From the NCBI GenBank assembly GCA_964528655.1, contig CAZGST010000001.1, positions 12,061 through 42,618 of the forward strand: a stretch of 30,558 nucleotides of DNA. The letters run 5' to 3'. The first letter of the stretch is position 1. The number at the start of each line of letters is the position of its first letter. The notes under the pieces were generated by a model. It saw nothing but the letters and a program-made list of their open reading frames with translations, had not been told where the DNA came from and made no database searches. The position numbers and the translations under genes were made by a program. Below, one piece after another: positions 25,204-30,558 of this stretch. The stretch comes from an uncultured Candidatus Saccharibacteria bacterium (GTDB lineage Bacteria; Patescibacteriota; Minisyncoccia; UBA6257; GWB1-50-10).

Positions 25204-26394
25204 TCATGCCCATGCAACAGGAGCATAGGCAGGAACAACTTCAACGTATGGCCATAGGTAACGACCTTCCGTTGCAGTGGTCCCATTCAACCGTGCTCGG
25301 GCAGGGGTTGACCTCGCCTGAGCAGGTGTAGATTGTCGCGCCATAGCTGGAGTTGACTCTCGTGCCATCGCCGGCGTGGAACGAGCTTGTGCAGGGGTTG
25401 ACGCACTAACCAATTGAATGAACGGTGCATCTCCTCCATCTAGGCTCTCACCACGCAGAGCACACGCAATCGCAGTGCGCGTTCGTGCCGCAACAGTCAT
25501 TTCGAACACTCTTCGCCGCTCGGCTATGAAATCTTGTCCAAAAAGCACCGACTCGACTCCGCTAAGCTTTACGTTGCCGAGCCTTTTTTCAGTGGAGAGC
25601 ATGCAGAGCGACAAGGCTCCTAAAGGTCCAACAGCGCACATGCCGTCAGCGCATGCACCACATAGCTCCTTTGCATCGACACCAGGCGCGATTGCCGATC
25701 GACCCACGTGTCGCTCCTCATCCTTGCTTATGGCCTCGAGTGGCACTCCATTCTGATGTAGGAATGCTCGGGTTTTCTGAAAATGACCAGAGTTTTGCGG
25801 GAGTTCGATATAGCCCACGCGAATGCGAACCCCGCTCCTAGTAACGGTCCGAATTGTCTGCAGGGTTTCAGCCCAATCATTGCGTTTAGTGATCGCACAA
25901 TGAACTTTGCTATCAGTAGAGTAAAAACTCGTCGCATAAATAATACCCTGATCTCGCATAAATCGAAGCGCCCGCCGATGAGGTGCCCGTGAACCTGTAG
26001 AAAAAAACTCCACGCTCCTGAAACCGAGCAGTTTTGTTAGAACGAGCAGATCAAACCAGAAAGGGCTCAAGAGCGGATCGCCGCCACTGATCTGGATTCC
26101 GGTGCAGCCAACGGACGCTAACTGCACAAAAAGTTCTCTCCAGTTCTTCAACGTCATGAATCCTTCTTCAGGGACCCCACCGCTCCTTTCTGCCTCATCA
26201 CGATCACCCGTAGGACTCGATTTATCACAGCAGTGGACGCATTGCCTCCCACAATTAAATGTAATGAGCGCCTCAAAGAAGCGAAGTGAAATGTGGCTAA
26301 GAGGTACACCCGAAGGCATAATCTCTGCCTCAGCCAATAGAGCTGCATTTCTGGACAGCACATCAGTTCGTCTAGATCCGGCTTGTCTTTGCAT
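25204..26394 (-). CDS. Radical SAM enzyme with a twitch/SPASM-like Cys motif and a fused C-terminal repeat tail
   Basis: CxxxCxxC motif (NCGRQCVHC), SGGDP motif, CADGMCAVGPLGALSLC (= C-x10-G-x4-C). GGAGG lies 4 nt upstream of ATG 26394 on the minus strand. Confidence 0.9.
   Translation of the reverse strand: MQRQAGSRRTDVLSRNAALLAEAEIMPSGVPLSHISLRFFEALITFNCGRQCVHCCDKSSPTGDRDEAERSGGVPEEGFMTLKNWRELFVQLASVGCTGIQISGGDPLLSPFWFDLLVLTKLLGFRSVEFFSTGSRAPHRRALRFMRDQGIIYATSFYSTDSKVHCAITKRNDWAETLQTIRTVTRSGVRIRVGYIELPQNSGHFQKTRAFLHQNGVPLEAISKDEERHVGRSAIAPGVDAKELCGACADGMCAVGPLGALSLCMLSTEKRLGNVKLSGVESVLFGQDFIAERRRVFEMTVAARTRTAIACALRGESLDGGDAPFIQLVSASTPAQARSTPAMARESTPAMARQSTPAQARSTPARARLNGTTATEGRYLWPYVEVVPAYAPVAWA
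25291..25401 (-). repeat. Five in-frame peptide repeats STPAxAR(E/Q) in the radical SAM tail
   Basis: STPAQAR-STPAMARE-STPAMARQ-STPAQAR-STPARAR (37 aa). The DNA copies differ mostly at synonymous positions. Confidence 0.9.
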
Positions 26395-26470
26395 ACAGCC
26401 TCCCGCAGAATTGAATGAAAGTAATTATGTTAAAAAGCAAAGTTTGAGGGAAAAATCTCCCCCAGACAGC

Positions 26471-26499
26471 ATAATATCACCAAGCAAAAGACCGCACAA
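26471..26499 (-). promoter_or_regulatory. sigma70-like promoter of the radical SAM gene
   Basis: On the minus strand: TTGTGC, 17-nt spacer ending in TGA, TATTAT (extended -10). Confidence 0.45.
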
Positions 26500-26563
26500 C
26501 AAATAAGGCTGATGATTAGCTAATAACAAAAATTAATATAGAATACAAGCATAGATAAAAAGC

Positions 26564-28363
26564 ATGAGCAATAGTTATGTGTGCCAAAATTGCCACAAAA
26601 ACTTCGAAATAGAAGAAGAGGACATCATATACTACCAAAAGATAAACGTTCCATATCCAACGTGGTGCCCAGAATGTCGACTCATCCGCCGCATGATCTG
26701 GCGAAATGAGTACATTCTCTACAGGCATAAGTGCGACGTAAGAGGACACGAAGAAAATTTGATCTCCCTCTACCACGAGAAAAGCCCCATGAAAGTATAT
26801 GATCAGAAGTACTGGTGGTCCGACGAATGGGACGCAACTGAATATGGAAAAGAGTATGATTTTACCAAACCTTTTTTCGAACAATTCAAAGAATTACTTC
26901 ACACTGTTCCAACAACCAGTCTTATGGGGAACTACGCTTCTCTTGTAAGAAGCGACTACTCGAACTGGGCCGGGGATTTGAAAGACTGCTATCTCATTAC
27001 GGACGCGGACGTAGTAGAAAACTCTCTCTATGGTTCAGGAATTTTCAAATGTAAAGACGTTTGCGATGTAGATAATGCCTCCGAATGCGAGCTCTGCTAC
27101 GACTGCTACAACATCCACTCGTGTTATAAGGTTGTCGGCTCTATAAACTGCCACGAATGTCATAATGTCTACTTTTCAAAAGGCTGTATAGGCTGTTCGA
27201 ACTGCTTCGGATGCATCAATCTTCGAAAAAAATCATTCTGTATACATAACAAAGAGTACAGCAAAGAAGAATACGAAAAAAAGATCCAGGAGCTCTTCGA
27301 CGGATCAAGAAAAAAATACGAAGAAAGTAAGAAAAAATCGCGAGACTTCTTTCTCAACTACCCGCATAAGAATCTTCGAGGCACACACAACGTAAACTCA
27401 TTTGGAGACTACATCTATCACACAAAAAATACAAAGTATGGATTTTTCGTAACAGACGCTGAAGACTGCAAATATGTATCACTCCTCCACTCCAAAAGTG
27501 CAAAAGACTGTTACGACTACACTGACTGGGGGGAAACAGCTGAGCAGCTTTATGAGTGTATCGCAGTTGGCATGGGCGCAAGTAAAGTACGCTGGAGCCA
27601 TATGGTATACAATAATGTAAAAGAAGTTGACTACAGCTATTACTGCATTAACTCATCAAATCTTTTTGGGTGCTGTGGCATCCGGAAAAAACAGTACTGT
27701 ATTCTGAATAAACAATATTCGAAAGAAGAGTATGAAACCCTGCTCTCCGCGATTAGAGAACACATGAACAGCACGCCGTATAAAGACTCTGACGGAAGAA
27801 CCTATGGCTACGGCGAGTTCTTCCCTCCAGAAATTTCTCCATTCGCATACAACGAAACCATCGCTCAAGAATACTTTCCACTCACAAAAGAGGAAGCAAC
27901 AGCGAAAGGTTACGCCTGGAAGGAAGAGGATGGAAGGAGCTACCAAATTACGAAAAAACCGAATGATGTGCCAAAAACAGTAACTGAATCCGAAGACTCA
28001 ATTTGTAATGAAATCATAGAATGCGCTCACATGAGTTTTGCCCTGAAGTGCAATCATCAGTGTACAACCGCTTTCAGGATCACTCTTCAAGAACTTGAGT
28101 TTTATAGAAAGATGAATCTTCCACTTCCGCAAAGTTGTCCCCGTTGCCGTCATTACGAAAGAATATTCGAACGAAACAAAATTCAGCTTTCAGAACAATC
28201 GTGTGATTGTAATGGATCAGCATCCAAAACTCGCCTCTATAAAAACGAAAGCAAGCACTCCCATGGCAACGTGCCATGTAACAAACTTTTCAAAACTACG
28301 TATCCAAAAAACCATGAAGAAATAATATATTGTGAAGAATGCTATCAGTCCGAAACGTCCTAG
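26564..28363 (+). CDS. Cys-rich multi-metal-finger protein, paralog P10
   Basis: MSNSYVCQNC...RNEYILY...GEFFP...; ends YCEECYQSETS. Confidence 0.9.
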   Translation: MSNSYVCQNCHKNFEIEEEDIIYYQKINVPYPTWCPECRLIRRMIWRNEYILYRHKCDVRGHEENLISLYHEKSPMKVYDQKYWWSDEWDATEYGKEYDFTKPFFEQFKELLHTVPTTSLMGNYASLVRSDYSNWAGDLKDCYLITDADVVENSLYGSGIFKCKDVCDVDNASECELCYDCYNIHSCYKVVGSINCHECHNVYFSKGCIGCSNCFGCINLRKKSFCIHNKEYSKEEYEKKIQELFDGSRKKYEESKKKSRDFFLNYPHKNLRGTHNVNSFGDYIYHTKNTKYGFFVTDAEDCKYVSLLHSKSAKDCYDYTDWGETAEQLYECIAVGMGASKVRWSHMVYNNVKEVDYSYYCINSSNLFGCCGIRKKQYCILNKQYSKEEYETLLSAIREHMNSTPYKDSDGRTYGYGEFFPPEISPFAYNETIAQEYFPLTKEEATAKGYAWKEEDGRSYQITKKPNDVPKTVTESEDSICNEIIECAHMSFALKCNHQCTTAFRITLQELEFYRKMNLPLPQSCPRCRHYERIFERNKIQLSEQSCDCNGSASKTRLYKNESKHSHGNVPCNKLFKTTYPKNHEEIIYCEECYQSETS

Positions 28364-28367
28364 TTTT

Positions 28368-30077
28368 ATGAATTCAGATACAAAAACTTGCCAAAACTGC
28401 CACAACACTTTTCAGATAGAGCCCGAAGATGTAGCTTTCTATGAAAAAGTAAAAACCCCACCTCCAACATTCTGCCCAAAATGCCGATTACAAAGAAGGC
28501 TTGCCTGGTTTCAGCTATTCAACCTCTATAAGCGACCTTGTGATCTTTGTAAAAAAGACTTCATCTCCATCTTTCAAAAAGACGCTCCGTATATCGTCTA
28601 CTGCCCAACATGCTGGTGGTCCGATAAGTGGGATGATACGAAATACGGGCGTGAGTACGACTTTTCTCGAACCTTCTTTGAACAATTTAATGATCTTCTT
28701 CACGAAGCACCGATCTTAGGACTCTCGGTCGATACGTTCTCTCTCGCAACCTCTCCCTACAACAGTAACGTTGGCAACCTAAAAGATTGTTACTTTCTTA
28801 TCCTGGCAAACTATAACGAACGTTGCGGTTATGGGTATCTGGTTGGCTTTTGTAATTCCACATATGATTCCTCGGTAATCCACGAATGCGAGGCATGCTT
28901 CGACACAATACACGGATATAAAAACTACAAGTGTATAGGCGCAAATCACACAACGAACTCCATTGAATGCATCTTCACACGAGACTGTATTAACTGTCAG
29001 AACTGTTTTGCATCGGCAAACTTGAGGAACAAACAGTATCACATCTTTAACAAACCTTTTTCTAAAGAGGATTATTTCAATGAAACAAAAAAATGGAACC
29101 TAGGTTCTTACACAACCTACAAAGAGCTCGAAAAAAAAGCTCACGACCACTGGAAACAGTATCCACCAAAGCCTATATGGAATGAATTCAATGTAAATTG
29201 TACTGGGAATTATGTGTTCGAATCAAAAAATTGTAAGGAATGCTATGAAGTATCGCGTGCAGAAAACTCAAAATATCTTCAAATCCTAAACGACCTAACC
29301 CCCATAACTGAATGCTATGATGTAACCTGTTGGGGCGAAACACTTTCATTGTCCTATGAGGGTGCCACAATTGGAGGCCAGGCCACAGGGCTAAAATTCT
29401 GCCATGAAACAGGTCTTGATACGCATAACCTTGAATACTGTGAGGGAGTAGTCTCGAACTCAAACCACTGTTTTGGTTGTGTAAGCATGAAACACACAGA
29501 GTACGCCATACTGAACAAAAAGTATTCAAAGGAAGAATACGAAAATCTACGTGAAAAAATTATAAAACACATGGGTGATATGCCGTACAAAAATAATCAG
29601 GGGATTTTCTATCGCTGCGGAGAGTTCTTTCCGACAGAAATGAGTATGCAAGGATACAATAAGACCCTTGCTCAAAACTTCTTTCCTCTTGTTAAGTCAG
29701 AAATAAAAAAACTAGGATACAAGTACGTCGAAGAAACTAAATCGGAATACACCTCAACCACAAAAGGCACCGAACTCCCTGACCACATAAAAGACGCGTC
29801 TTCATCAATAGTAAATGAGGTTATCGAGTGTACGAAATGTAAGAGAGGATTTCGAATGATTGAGAGAGAACTCGCATTTCTAAAAGAAATGAATCTACCA
29901 CTCCCCAGAGAGTGCCCCCAATGTCGTATTCAGTTAAAATTCAACCAATGGGTTAAAAACTTGCAGCTCACAAAAAGAATTTGTGACAAGTGCAGCATCC
30001 AATTCGAAACCCCCCATACTGAAGATCGAGCACCAATAATCTGGTGTCCAAAGTGTTACCAGTTAGAAGTGGCGTAG
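28368..30077 (+). CDS. Cys-rich multi-metal-finger protein, paralog P11 (divergent)
   Basis: MNSDTKTCQNC..., lacks the RNER motif; ends WCPKCYQLEVA. Start reassigned to ATG 28368. Confidence 0.9.
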   Translation: MNSDTKTCQNCHNTFQIEPEDVAFYEKVKTPPPTFCPKCRLQRRLAWFQLFNLYKRPCDLCKKDFISIFQKDAPYIVYCPTCWWSDKWDDTKYGREYDFSRTFFEQFNDLLHEAPILGLSVDTFSLATSPYNSNVGNLKDCYFLILANYNERCGYGYLVGFCNSTYDSSVIHECEACFDTIHGYKNYKCIGANHTTNSIECIFTRDCINCQNCFASANLRNKQYHIFNKPFSKEDYFNETKKWNLGSYTTYKELEKKAHDHWKQYPPKPIWNEFNVNCTGNYVFESKNCKECYEVSRAENSKYLQILNDLTPITECYDVTCWGETLSLSYEGATIGGQATGLKFCHETGLDTHNLEYCEGVVSNSNHCFGCVSMKHTEYAILNKKYSKEEYENLREKIIKHMGDMPYKNNQGIFYRCGEFFPTEMSMQGYNKTLAQNFFPLVKSEIKKLGYKYVEETKSEYTSTTKGTELPDHIKDASSSIVNEVIECTKCKRGFRMIERELAFLKEMNLPLPRECPQCRIQLKFNQWVKNLQLTKRICDKCSIQFETPHTEDRAPIIWCPKCYQLEVA

Positions 30078-30165
30078 TAAGAGTTATTCGTCAACGCGTT
30101 CACGGGTTACTATTTATATTATAAAACTCGCAAATACTAACCCGACAACCCACAAACACCCACAC
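30078..30165 (+). other. 88-nt structured intergenic element, copy B
   Basis: CGGGTTA (30103-30109) pairs with TAACCCG (30138-30144), extended by TATTT/AAATA. Shares motifs and exact length with 11852-11939. Confidence 0.55.
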
Positions 30166-30558
30166 ATGCAAAAAACTTGCCAAAACTGTAAACAAATATT
30201 TGAGATGGAGCCTGAAGACCAGGCTTTTTATACGAAAATCAACGTTCCTCCTCCAACGTTCTGTCCCGACTGCCGCCTGCAACGTCGTCTCATGTTCCGT
30301 AACGAACGTACACTCTATAAACGAACGTGTGATTTATGTAAAAAATCAACGCTCTCTGTGTATTCCGAAGACAAACGCTTCACTGTATACTGTCCGGAAT
30401 GCTGGCAATCGGATAAGTGGGATCCATTCCAATATGGAAAAGATTTAGACTTTCAAAAGCCATTCCTCGAACAATTCAAAGAACTCCTGGAGAAAGTGCC
30501 AAGGTCAAGTGTGTATCAGAGAAAAACCGTAAATACGCCTTACGCAAACTATGTTGAC
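30166..30558 (+). CDS. Cys-rich multi-metal-finger protein, paralog P12, 3' truncated by the window (absent from the ORF track)
   Basis: My translation from ATG 30166: MQKTCQNCKQIFEMEPEDQAFYTKINVPPPTFCPDCRLQRRLMFRNERTLYKRTCDLC..., open to the window end. Confidence 0.9.
   Translation, partial: MQKTCQNCKQIFEMEPEDQAFYTKINVPPPTFCPDCRLQRRLMFRNERTLYKRTCDLCKKSTLSVYSEDKRFTVYCPECWQSDKWDPFQYGKDLDFQKPFLEQFKELLEKVPRSSVYQRKTVNTPYANYVD

Noticed and set aside
25240-25404. Alternative-frame Cys-containing peptide (CVNPCTSS...VNPCPS...) as a separate precursor in the radical SAM tail
   Set aside because: It is preceded directly by an in-frame TAG with no start codon, and the synonymous divergence pattern supports the STPAxAR frame.
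25932-25963. 10-nt direct repeat TCGCATAAAT in the radical SAM gene
   Set aside because: Only two copies, 22 nt apart, in different coding frames; likely chance.
26430-26475. 15-aa upstream ORF (MLSGGDFSLKLCFLT) on the minus strand as the radical SAM precursor
   Set aside because: It starts within the putative -10 element, has no ribosome-binding site and shows no precursor-like features.
6024-30558. Diversity-generating retroelement acting on the paralogs
   Set aside because: No reverse transcriptase in the window, and I saw no near-identical ~100-nt TR/VR pair differing only at adenines. One could lie outside the window.

Overview
30.6 kb from what looks like a Patescibacteria/CPR (Parcubacteria-like) chromosome. 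This is an inference from the gene set, TGA used as stop, and few Shine-Dalgarno sites. The first ~6 kb are housekeeping or conserved genes: a FAD-linked oxidase C-terminus, secD, secF, a sigma70-region-4/winged-helix protein and two membrane proteins. From ~6 kb to the right edge the window is dominated by a co-oriented array of at least 12 divergent paralogs of one ~555-600 aa Cys-rich, multi-metal-finger protein of unknown function (11 complete, 1 cut by the window edge). The array is interrupted by a VirB4/TraG-like ATPase, two antitoxin+PIN toxin modules, a small antisense coiled-coil gene, and a GC-rich antisense radical SAM gene. That radical SAM enzyme carries a fused tail of five STPAxAR repeats plus an aromatic-rich C-terminal peptide, a candidate enzyme-precursor fusion. 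Non-coding signals include two related 88-nt structured spacers inside the array, two exact period-7 (A)TAC arrays, and several sigma70-like promoters with operator-like palindromes. One PIN toxin lacks a canonical start codon. No rRNA, tRNA, CRISPR array, integrase, transposase or reverse transcriptase was recognised.
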